From NCBI GenBank assembly GCA_009995545.1, contig JAACPI010000005.1, positions 28,244 through 92,243 on the forward strand: DNA of 64,000 nucleotides. Reading direction: 5' to 3'. Source of the stretch: a bacterium (GTDB lineage: Bacteria; Patescibacteriota; WWE3; 2-01-FULL-39-13; JAACPI01). Each line of letters starts with the position of its first letter. Within the stretch, counting starts at the first letter, position 1. The notes under the pieces are model-generated. The model saw only the letters and a list, made by a program, of their open reading frames with translations, had not been told where the DNA came from and searched no databases. The position numbers and the translations under genes are program-made. This document shows positions 49,391-57,941 of the stretch, piece after piece.

Positions 49391-50803
49391 ATGCCAAAAT
49401 CGATTTTAAAACCCCAGTTGGGTGAAAAATGTGGAGTTTTCGGTGTTTTTGGCCCCTCTTTAGACACCTCACGTTTGACCTATTTTGGTTTGTGGTCCCT
49501 ACAACATCGGGGTCAAGAAAGTTCAGGTATTTGTACTAGTAGCGGAAAATTTTTTTCAATTCATAGGGGTTTGGGTTTAGTGGCTAATGTTTACAGTGAA
49601 AAAAACTTAAAAAAACTAAAAGGGGGTATTTCTATTGGTCACAACCGTTATGCAACAAGTGGGGGAGGTAAAATTAAGTTTGCACAACCCGTATACGACG
49701 ATGATAACAGGGTTGCCCTAGCTCATAATGGAAATTTGCCTGTAACTAAAGCATTAAAAGTTTTTTTAAAAGAAAAAGGTATAAATACTTTCGGACACAA
49801 CGACTCAAATCTAATGCACAAAGCTCTTCAGTATTATTTAATTAAAGGGCATTCTATAGAGGGCGCTCTAAAGGAGTGTTTTCCTCTTTTTACAGGGGCT
49901 TTTTCGCTAGTTTTAATGACTAAAAACAAGCTTGTAGGCGTCAGAGACCCTATGGGGATAAGGCCACTGAGTATAGGAAAAATTGAAGGTGGTTATGTAT
50001 TATCCTCAGAAACATGCGCTCTTCACACTGTTGGTGCAAAATTTATTAGAGATGTTAAACCTGGAGAAATAGTAGTTGTATCTAAAAAAGGAATAAAGTC
50101 TACCCAACTGGTAAAAGGGGAAGAGCATTTAGATATTTTTGAGTTTGTATATTTTGCCCGGCCCGACAGTGACCTTTTAGGTACTAGCGTTTATCAGGCT
50201 CGTAAAAGAATGGGTGCCTTATTATATAAACAGCATAAAATTAAAGCCGATGTAATTATTCCTGTGCCAGATTCTGCCACCTCTGCCGCCTTAGGCTATT
50301 CCCAAGAGTCTGGGATTCCTTTAGAAGAAGCTTTGATTAAAAACAGGTATATCCACAGAACTTTTATTAAACCCACTCAAAGACTTCGCGAAAATAGCGT
50401 TAAATTAAAACTTAACCCTATTAAATCTGTTATTAAAAACAAAAGGGTGATTTTAGTAGACGACTCTATTGTTAGGGGAACAACTTCTAAAAATTTAGTA
50501 AAAATGGTAAAACAAGCCGGAGCTAAAGAGGTTTATATGGTTGTAAGTTCTCCTCCGGTAAAATTTCCTGATTTTTACGGAATAGACACTCCCGATCAAT
50601 CACAACTAATTGGGGCAAACAAAAGTGTAGAGCAAATTCGAAAATATATTGGGGCAGACAAATTAATTTTTTTATCGTTAAAAAATTTAATAAAAGCGAT
50701 AGATCTGCCAAAGGTAAAACTAACCACAGCTTGTTTTACAGGCGAATACCTTATTGATATAGGTGTTAGAAATAGAGGAAGGGTTAAGTATGTTGACCTA
50801 TAA
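49391..50803 (+). CDS. purF: amidophosphoribosyltransferase
   Basis: EKCGVFG, LQHRGQES, GHNRYAT, HNGNL, YFARPDS, VDDSIVRGTT, FYGID. Confidence 0.96.
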   Translation: MPKSILKPQLGEKCGVFGVFGPSLDTSRLTYFGLWSLQHRGQESSGICTSSGKFFSIHRGLGLVANVYSEKNLKKLKGGISIGHNRYATSGGGKIKFAQPVYDDDNRVALAHNGNLPVTKALKVFLKEKGINTFGHNDSNLMHKALQYYLIKGHSIEGALKECFPLFTGAFSLVLMTKNKLVGVRDPMGIRPLSIGKIEGGYVLSSETCALHTVGAKFIRDVKPGEIVVVSKKGIKSTQLVKGEEHLDIFEFVYFARPDSDLLGTSVYQARKRMGALLYKQHKIKADVIIPVPDSATSAALGYSQESGIPLEEALIKNRYIHRTFIKPTQRLRENSVKLKLNPIKSVIKNKRVILVDDSIVRGTTSKNLVKMVKQAGAKEVYMVVSSPPVKFPDFYGIDTPDQSQLIGANKSVEQIRKYIGADKLIFLSLKNLIKAIDLPKVKLTTACFTGEYLIDIGVRNRGRVKYVDL

Positions 50804-51019
50804 ACAGCATCCTCGATCTTCTTTATGACAGTGGTGAGTATTTAAATCACAGCCTGCACAAGAACATTCGCATTCTTCTTTTGTTGCTCCTTCTGATGCA
50901 ACTTGCCATTGTTGTAAGGCTAATAAGTAGGCTGGGTCTAAAAAATCTAACTGCTCCCATTCCTCTATTACTGGAGTGTCTTGGAGTTCAGTTTCAGGAG
51001 TAACTGTTCGTAAATTCAT
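50798..51019 (-). CDS. small protein with Cys/His-rich C-terminus
   Basis: acidic N-terminus; tail CECSCAGCDLNTHHCHKEDRGCCL; TATACT upstream. Confidence 0.55.
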   Translation of the reverse strand: MNLRTVTPETELQDTPVIEEWEQLDFLDPAYLLALQQWQVASEGATKEECECSCAGCDLNTHHCHKEDRGCCL

Positions 51020-51087
51020 AGGCTTTCTAAATGCCTATAGTATACTACTAGAAAAATATACGTCCACCCACTAAATAAGCTTTTAGG

Positions 51088-52596
51088 CTAATTTCCCACA
51101 AAAACAATATTTTTCTCTCGAAGGTTAAAGGTTTTGGTTATGTTTACACTTTCTACAAAGTATCTGTCGTGGCTTACTAAAATTAATGTTCCTTTGTATT
51201 CATTTAAGCTTTCTTCAATAACCTCTTTAGTTGAAATATCTAAATGGTTAGTAGGCTCATCTAATATTAAAACGTCGTAGTCGTTAACAGAAAATATAGC
51301 AAAAACAAACCTAGCTCTCTGTCCGGGGCTTAAATCACCAACTCTTTTGTATTCAACGTCTTCTTTGTTAAATAAAAACTTTCCAAGTAAGCTGTATACC
51401 TGGCCTATTTCTGCAACAGTTGAGTTTTCAAAAACAGCGTCTTTTAATAAACTTTTGTAGTTTAAAAAACTAGATTTTTGAGCAAAATAACCTACCTTTA
51501 AGTTTGGTCCGACGGTAACTGTCCCTTTTGTTAGCTCTAATGGGTCTTTTTCGCCCCCAATATTTGTATATTGATTATTGGTTTGCTTAAATGCCGTGTT
51601 TATTATTTTTACTAAAGTGCTTTTACCCGTACCATTTTGTCCATAAATCCAAATTCTATCTTTTCCTCTAATTTCTAAATTTAAATCGTTAAATACAGTT
51701 ACATTTTCAAACTTTTTTTGTCCCTTTTGTATACTTACTACTAACTTCCCGGCGTGAATTTGGGTGTCAAATTCTACAGTTTTCATTTTTTCCTCTATAT
51801 ATTCTTCTTTTTTATCTTTAGTTATTTCTCTTTCAAAGCGTTTTTTAGCTGCCCTTACAGCCTTTCCTCTCTTTGTTCCTGCTTTTATTTTAGCTACATT
51901 AACAATCAAATTTTCTAACTGGGTCTTTTTTCTTAGAAATCTCGTGTATTCCTCATTCCATTTACCAATAAGCTTTAGCTTTTGTTCTTTGTAATTATCA
52001 TAATCTCCTACAAAAGATATAATTTTACCTTTTTCTATTTCCCAAACAGAGTCTACAGTATTATTTAAAAATTGCCTGTCGTGGCTAATCATAACCACAC
52101 TGATATCCAGGTTTTTAATATATTTTTCAAACCACATTATTCCCTCTATATCTAAATGGTTAGTGGGTTCATCAATTAGTAGGGTAGTGGGGTCTTTTAA
52201 AAGTTGCTCAATCATTACTAATTTCATTTTTTGCCCTTCACTTAAAGTTCCTATTCTTTGATACTCGTCGTAGTTATTAAATTCTAATTTTTGTAATAGT
52301 GCTTCAACTTTGTAAAATTCCCACTCCTCCTCTAGCAAATCTAATAAAAAAGTTCCCACCATCTGATTAGGGTCTAGTCTGAATTCCTGGGGAATATAAC
52401 CTATTTTTTCATTTTCTAAAGTCACTCGGCCTTCCGTAGGGGATTCTTCCCCAATAAGTATTTTAAACAGAGTAGTTTTTCCACACCCGTTAGCACCAAC
52501 TAAGGCTATTTTTTTATTTCTCGGCAACACAAAATCTATACCATTTAAAACAATGTTGCCGTTGTATATTTTTATTAAACCACTTGCTTTTATCAT
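51088..52596 (-). CDS. ABC-F family ATPase
   Basis: two NBDs (GANGCGKT/LSEGQ/DEPTNHLD/SHD; GQNGTGKS/LSPGQ/DEPTNHLD/SHD), no TM. Confidence 0.93.
   Translation of the reverse strand: MIKASGLIKIYNGNIVLNGIDFVLPRNKKIALVGANGCGKTTLFKILIGEESPTEGRVTLENEKIGYIPQEFRLDPNQMVGTFLLDLLEEEWEFYKVEALLQKLEFNNYDEYQRIGTLSEGQKMKLVMIEQLLKDPTTLLIDEPTNHLDIEGIMWFEKYIKNLDISVVMISHDRQFLNNTVDSVWEIEKGKIISFVGDYDNYKEQKLKLIGKWNEEYTRFLRKKTQLENLIVNVAKIKAGTKRGKAVRAAKKRFEREITKDKKEEYIEEKMKTVEFDTQIHAGKLVVSIQKGQKKFENVTVFNDLNLEIRGKDRIWIYGQNGTGKSTLVKIINTAFKQTNNQYTNIGGEKDPLELTKGTVTVGPNLKVGYFAQKSSFLNYKSLLKDAVFENSTVAEIGQVYSLLGKFLFNKEDVEYKRVGDLSPGQRARFVFAIFSVNDYDVLILDEPTNHLDISTKEVIEESLNEYKGTLILVSHDRYFVESVNITKTFNLREKNIVFVGN
52544..52584. 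repeat. 41-bp direct repeat, left copy (within 5' end of ABC-F gene)
   Basis: TTTAAAACAATGTTGCCGTTGTATATTTTTATTAAACCACT; 40/41 identical to 63618-63658. Confidence 0.92.
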
Positions 52597-52758
52597 TTCT
52601 ACAGTATTTTATACATTTTGGTTCCTAAAATAAACCAAAAAGTAGCTGAGTAATACTCTTTATATAGGGTGGGGTAAATTAAAACTTTAATTTTTCAACT
52701 TTTTAGCACCTGGATTATGGCTCACACCCTTCAGTGGGGGGGGGAGATTAAAAAGTAA

Positions 52759-53391
52759 TCATTTTAAGATCTCCAGCAGGGATTTTAGGATACCACTGTC
52801 TACTTCTAAGCGATCTTTAGCACTGATCTCCGTGGAATATATATAATTATTGCCTACCTTTACTTTTGTTATTGCCCTTAGAGGATAATTACCTACCTTT
52901 TCTACCCCCCTTGGCTTGCTAACCAACTTTGCACGGATAACTGACTCTTTGCTTTTAATCCCCGCCTTATCTATGTAAGCATGGCCATATCTAAATAAAA
53001 TATCAATTTCCCCACCATACTTTTTAGCAAGGCTGGAGTAAAATTTTATCGCCGTTGCGTTATTGAATTTTCCGTATCTATTTATCACAGGTGATTTTAT
53101 AGATAATCCTGAATTGTCCTCTTTAGAAACATTTCCACAAAAGTCTAAAACATCATCTTGAGTTAGTACTGCGATACTTTTTCCTAATTTAGCCCAATAA
53201 TACCGTGCCTTTTCTTCGGCAATTTCTTTTGGACTGAATCCTGTTTCCTTTGGCGCTATTATTTTTTCAGGTATATCTGCAAGAGATAAAATTTCATAAT
53301 TTAGATCTTTTAGTAGTCTCTTTATTTTGGCATACTTATTTTCATTTTTTGTAGCGAAAATAATCTTTTTTTTATTACAGGACATAATCAT
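52759..53391 (-). CDS. HAM1/ITPase-like nucleotide pyrophosphatase, divergent
   Basis: IIFATKNENK, P.ETG.S..E.A..KA..Y, QDD; lacks the terminal SHR motif. Confidence 0.75.
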   Translation of the reverse strand: MIMSCNKKKIIFATKNENKYAKIKRLLKDLNYEILSLADIPEKIIAPKETGFSPKEIAEEKARYYWAKLGKSIAVLTQDDVLDFCGNVSKEDNSGLSIKSPVINRYGKFNNATAIKFYSSLAKKYGGEIDILFRYGHAYIDKAGIKSKESVIRAKLVSKPRGVEKVGNYPLRAITKVKVGNNYIYSTEISAKDRLEVDSGILKSLLEILK

Positions 53392-53531
53392 GCCTCATTG
53401 CAAACTTACTATATAAATAAAGAATCCAAATAATTTTTGATTATAAAGCTAATATACCTAGCCAAGAGATCTTCTCTGATTTTCAGTCTAACCCATATTT
53501 TCCATAAATAGCAAAAATATTATCGCTTTAT

Positions 53532-55223
53532 CTAAGATTTACGGTAGTCCTCAACCCGAACTTCTGGCAATCTTAAACCTATATTAAAACCCATTTCTTC
53601 CCTCTCGGATAGTCTCGGATCGTGGGATACAATTATTAAAGTACCTGTGTAATCTTCTAGAGCCTCGACTAGTAAATCTATATCTGCATTAGAAAAATCC
53701 CCAATTGGCTCGTCTAGTATAAGCAAATTGGGTTTGTCTAGCATTAATTTAGCCATATAAAGCTTCACTTTTTGGCTTCTGCTCAAATGTTCTTTAGTGA
53801 CCTCATAAGGAGTGGAACCTACAAATCCCCAGTACGCTAAAATTGCTGCAGCGTGTTTTTCACTTATACCGGGTCTGTCTTTTATCATCTCTCTAATTAA
53901 AAGGTCATCTCCCAGGGCCTCCTCAGCTCCCGGAGTGTAAAAACCAATGTCAACATTTGTTCCAAATCCAATCTCTCCGGCGTCTGGGAGATTTTCACGA
54001 TTATCTCTTTTTGCTATCATTCTTAAGAGAGTACTCTTACCTGTTCCATTAGGGCCGTAAATATATAACCTATCTCCTCTTTGAACCTGTAGTTCTAACT
54101 TTGATAAATCAACGTGAACAGTGCCTGCATCCGTTTCAAAAAGTTTTTCCACACCGCTAATTTTAACTACATTATCCCCACTTCTTCTTCCTGCTTCAAA
54201 GAACCTGTTCCTTGTATAGTCGTTTTCGTCTAAAAGATCCTGACCAGGGTGATTGTCTAATTGTTCCCCAATCCTTTCAGCACGTCTTTCCATCACCTTC
54301 ACATTCCTCATCATGTCTTTACTTCTTTTAGCCATAGGCCTAAGTTTCGCAGCAGTTCTCTCCAACCTTTCCTTGTCTCTACTTAGATTAGTCGCCTCTC
54401 TTCTCCACTGACTAGTGACTTCAGCTACTTTTGTTAAAAAGTTCTTATAACCTCCATCTGCGCTAAATACCCTCCCAGTACTCGTTATCCCACAAGTTCT
54501 ATTGGCACACGCTGTTAAAAATAGTTCGTCTCCCGTGGCAACCAAATAACCTCGTTTATCGTCATTTTTAATGTATTCAGCCAACCAGGCGGTAGACTCC
54601 CTATCTAAAAAAGCTGTAGGCTCATCTAATACTACTAATTCTGCTTTTTTATTAAAGAGAGTGGCCCCAATTAGTACGCGTTGCAGTTGGCCACTACTTA
54701 ATTGATATAGTTTTCTTGTAAGCGGAATGTCTGAAATTCTTAAACCATCTAAAATTCTCAGCATTTCACTCTCAGCTGTATATGCCCCAAGTGTTTCGAG
54801 CTCGCGGGTTATTTCTTCTACTCGAGCTGTTGCCTCTGAATTTTCTAGCCATCCATCAGACAAATAAATTTCCTCTAGTTCGTGTTGGAGAGAAGGCAGC
54901 GCTGTTCTTCCCACACAAAAATCTAGTATGGATACGTCTCTGTTTTGGTCTCTAACTTTTTCTATATCTTGGGGTAAATAATCAATCACATCTTGCCCTA
55001 CAAGTATATGGCAATCTCCCGAATCTGGTTTTCTTAATCCACAGGCAACTTCGATAAGACTAGTTTTACCCGAGCCACTTTCTCCAGTTACCGCCGTACA
55101 AGATCCTTGCTGCACGAGAACTTCCCCAGCAAAAAATAGATTGTCTCTACCATCTAATGAGCGTAAAGTTAAGTCATGGGAATTTATAAATGTTTTTCCA
55201 GTAATAGGCAATCGTTCGTCCAT
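53532..55223 (-). CDS. divergent ABC-F family ATPase
   Basis: GESGSGKT/LSSGQ/LDEPT and GPNGTGKS/LDEPI/SHD, helical linker, no TM; start MDERLP after TATACT. Confidence 0.88.
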   Translation of the reverse strand: MDERLPITGKTFINSHDLTLRSLDGRDNLFFAGEVLVQQGSCTAVTGESGSGKTSLIEVACGLRKPDSGDCHILVGQDVIDYLPQDIEKVRDQNRDVSILDFCVGRTALPSLQHELEEIYLSDGWLENSEATARVEEITRELETLGAYTAESEMLRILDGLRISDIPLTRKLYQLSSGQLQRVLIGATLFNKKAELVVLDEPTAFLDRESTAWLAEYIKNDDKRGYLVATGDELFLTACANRTCGITSTGRVFSADGGYKNFLTKVAEVTSQWRREATNLSRDKERLERTAAKLRPMAKRSKDMMRNVKVMERRAERIGEQLDNHPGQDLLDENDYTRNRFFEAGRRSGDNVVKISGVEKLFETDAGTVHVDLSKLELQVQRGDRLYIYGPNGTGKSTLLRMIAKRDNRENLPDAGEIGFGTNVDIGFYTPGAEEALGDDLLIREMIKDRPGISEKHAAAILAYWGFVGSTPYEVTKEHLSRSQKVKLYMAKLMLDKPNLLILDEPIGDFSNADIDLLVEALEDYTGTLIIVSHDPRLSEREEMGFNIGLRLPEVRVEDYRKS

Positions 55224-55343
55224 TTTATTTGAGTATAAATATAATAATGAGAACATTATACTATAAGTCTATAATATAGCAATGATAAAGTTTGTAAAAA
55301 AGTCATCATACCTTTAAATCCTTTAAGGATAACAAATTAATTG

Positions 55344-55373
55344 TTGACATATTCGATATGTATGTACTACTAT
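55344..55373 (+). promoter_or_regulatory. promoter with palindromic operator ACATATTCGATATGT
   Basis: TTGACA 55344-55349 overlapped by palindrome 55347-55361; TACTAT 55368-55373. Confidence 0.7.
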
Positions 55374-55399
55374 AGGTATATTAAAGTTTATTTTTGCAA

Positions 55400-55801
55400 A
55401 TGAAAAAATATATATTTTTGGCGGGCCCAATGAGAGGAGTACCTAGGGAGCAGTCTTTAGGGTACAGAGAAGAAGCTACAAGACTTCTTGAGGAGAATTT
55501 TAGAGTACTTCATGCTATGAGAGGCAGAGAGCTAAAAGAAACGATGCCGGATCCAAAAGGGGCTGTTATTCGGGATAAGATGGATATTGATCAAGCTGAT
55601 ATAGTTTTAGTAAACGATTCCTATACAAATGTAAGTAATATTGGTACTGCAATGGAAATAATGTATTCTTGGGAAAGAGGCAAGGCAGTAATTATTTTTG
55701 GAGAAGAACATTTGCATGACTACTGGATGAACTTTCACAGTCATTTAAGATTTAAAAATTTGGAGGAGGCGTGTCATTTTATAAATAAAATGTTTAAGTA
55801 A
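55400..55801 (+). CDS. nucleoside-2-deoxyribosyltransferase-fold nucleotide N-hydrolase (MilB/BlsM/DNPH1-like)
   Basis: IFLAGPMRG, RD..DID.ADIVLV, IGTAMEI. Confidence 0.85.
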   Translation: MKKYIFLAGPMRGVPREQSLGYREEATRLLEENFRVLHAMRGRELKETMPDPKGAVIRDKMDIDQADIVLVNDSYTNVSNIGTAMEIMYSWERGKAVIIFGEEHLHDYWMNFHSHLRFKNLEEACHFINKMFK

Positions 55802-55814
55802 TAGTTATTTAATT

Positions 55815-56828
55815 ATGCAAAAGTTTCATAATATTAGCGGCCTGAAGAACTTGGCCAAAGAGCTAAAAGGTAACGAAAATATTTATTTAGGCATAAGGCC
55901 GTACGGTTTTCATTCTGGAAACGCATTGGTACTGTACGTGTACCCTCTCTTGTTGATGAAAGAGATGAAAAAGCTGGGTATTGAGCCGAAACTCAACTTT
56001 TTTGTTTTCATAAATGATTATGAGCAGGCCAAGCTAGATGGGCCAGACTTACTTAATCGCCCATTTAATGTCCACCCTAAATGCACTACACTTCAACAAA
56101 AAATGTGTGTTGAGTTTCCAGACATCCCCTTGGTAGATTATTGGCAAAGGGTAATAGAGTTTTATGTTAAGTTATTGTTGAACACTTTCCCAAAAATTAA
56201 TATAAAATTCGTGAGAAATTCTGAAATGAAAAATTACGATGTATTTAAATCTGCCTTGATTAAAACGATAAAGAATCCTGAGGAATTAGCCAAAATTTTT
56301 AAAAAATACTCTAAATGGAAAGTGCCTAGTCAATATGCTCTCTATGCTTCCGCTGTTTGTCCTAAATGTAGGATGGCTAGGGGATTTACCGAGATTACTT
56401 CTAAAGGCAATGTTACCTTTCAGTGTTCAGTGTGTGGATCAAAACATCTTAGTCACTACGAGGATTTTGATTATTGGTTTTACCACAAACCTTTAGCCGT
56501 TCCCAGAATAGAGTCTTTTAAGATCGATTTATGTATTACTGGATCTGATCATCACGAGGAGGGAGATTTCGAGATAAGGAAGGCGTTAATGGACTACTTT
56601 AATGCAAAGGTACCCTACCCCAAAACACTATATACACCTACTGTTTTCTTAGGGGGTAGAAAAATGGGTAAGAGCAAAGGAAATGCCTATACTATTAAAA
56701 TGAGTAGATTAGAGAAAGTTGCTTCTAAGGTTGATGTAGACTTTTTACACCTAGATGGGGAAGTTAAAAGGGATAAATTTTTACAATACATAAACAATGG
56801 TTACAATAAAAATGATGGAAAACAGTAA
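55815..56828 (+). CDS. class I lysyl-tRNA synthetase paralog lacking anticodon-binding domain
   Basis: LGIRPYGFHSGN (HIGH-like), CPKC/CSVC Zn knuckle, GSDH, KMGKSKGN; ends ~40 aa later. Confidence 0.8.
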   Translation: MQKFHNISGLKNLAKELKGNENIYLGIRPYGFHSGNALVLYVYPLLLMKEMKKLGIEPKLNFFVFINDYEQAKLDGPDLLNRPFNVHPKCTTLQQKMCVEFPDIPLVDYWQRVIEFYVKLLLNTFPKINIKFVRNSEMKNYDVFKSALIKTIKNPEELAKIFKKYSKWKVPSQYALYASAVCPKCRMARGFTEITSKGNVTFQCSVCGSKHLSHYEDFDYWFYHKPLAVPRIESFKIDLCITGSDHHEEGDFEIRKALMDYFNAKVPYPKTLYTPTVFLGGRKMGKSKGNAYTIKMSRLEKVASKVDVDFLHLDGEVKRDKFLQYINNGYNKNDGKQ

Positions 56829-57933
56829 AACCTTTGTTTTTTTTTCTAACCCTTTTGGGTTTGGAACGGTAGGGACAATGCTTGCAGTTTTAGAGGAATT
56901 TCTAGAAAACGGGGAGAAAAGAATTATATACGTTGCGGATGAGACTACTTTGGAGCCTTTTGGGAGTAATCGGGGGGTAAAAATTATTAGATCCGATCAA
57001 CGAGATTTAGACAAAATAAAAGAAATCTTGAAAAACATAAAAAACCCAGTTGTGATTTCTTCACAGAATAGGTTCGCCTTAAAAGCGGCAAAAGATCTGC
57101 AGATTCCAAACGCATTTATTGATACTTTAACCTGGTTCTGGGAGGCTATACCCGAGTGGTATTACGACGCAGATTTATATTTTACCCATAATATGCCTAA
57201 AACTAAATCCAAGATAAAGATTTTAAAAAAAGCATACGTAGTACCGGGAATTTTTGGAGAGGGGCTGCCTAGTGTAAGTAAAAAAAGTGATTTAGTAATG
57301 TATGTTGGAGGCAGTGTAAATCCTTTAGTCAAAGGTATTCCTAAAGACTATCTTAGCCTGCTGTGTTTAGCCTTAGATAGATTAGGTAGCTGTGGAGAAA
57401 GAATTACCGTTTTTTCTGATAAAGCATCAGTAAAATTCATGGGTAAAACGATAAAGAATCCCTTAGTGAGGATTGAAAATTTACCAAGAAAAGAATTTTT
57501 AGATAGGGTAAATAAGTCGAAATCTTTTTGTGCTACAGGCGGTTTGACTGCGACAATGGAGTCCTTTAAGCTGGGAACTTATGTTTCCTTCCTCCCTTCT
57601 ACAAACCTTAGTCAATTGGGGTTAAAAGACTTACTCGTAAACAGGGGAGTTATCAAAAATTCTTTTGAGAGAGACGAAGTTTCTAGTAAGTTTAGTATAC
57701 CTAAAAAAATTTCCGAAAAAGAAGCAATATCTAGATTCAGAGAGATGGATAGGGAAATACTTCAAAACGACCAATACAGGAAGAGCTTTGTCGAAAAATT
57801 AGAGGATTTAATTAAAAATTCCTTTAAAATAGATAGCAATGTTCTTAATTCGCAGACTGACTTTATTACCCGTGTTGGTACTAGCGGTGCTAAAGAAATA
57901 TACGGAATTTTAAAAAAAGAGTGGGGCTTTTAG
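56812..57933 (+). CDS. GT-B glycosyltransferase, cytosylglucuronate-synthase (BlsD/MilC)-like
   Basis: NPFGFGTVG, FIDTLTWFW, YVGG..N, ATGGLTATME, LPSTNLSQ. Confidence 0.65.
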   Translation: MMENSKTFVFFSNPFGFGTVGTMLAVLEEFLENGEKRIIYVADETTLEPFGSNRGVKIIRSDQRDLDKIKEILKNIKNPVVISSQNRFALKAAKDLQIPNAFIDTLTWFWEAIPEWYYDADLYFTHNMPKTKSKIKILKKAYVVPGIFGEGLPSVSKKSDLVMYVGGSVNPLVKGIPKDYLSLLCLALDRLGSCGERITVFSDKASVKFMGKTIKNPLVRIENLPRKEFLDRVNKSKSFCATGGLTATMESFKLGTYVSFLPSTNLSQLGLKDLLVNRGVIKNSFERDEVSSKFSIPKKISEKEAISRFREMDREILQNDQYRKSFVEKLEDLIKNSFKIDSNVLNSQTDFITRVGTSGAKEIYGILKKEWGF

Positions 57934-57941
57934 GTCTCTAC

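Noticed and set aside
55815-56828. calling this gene lysS
   Set aside because: lacks the anticodon-binding domain and lies in an accessory operon
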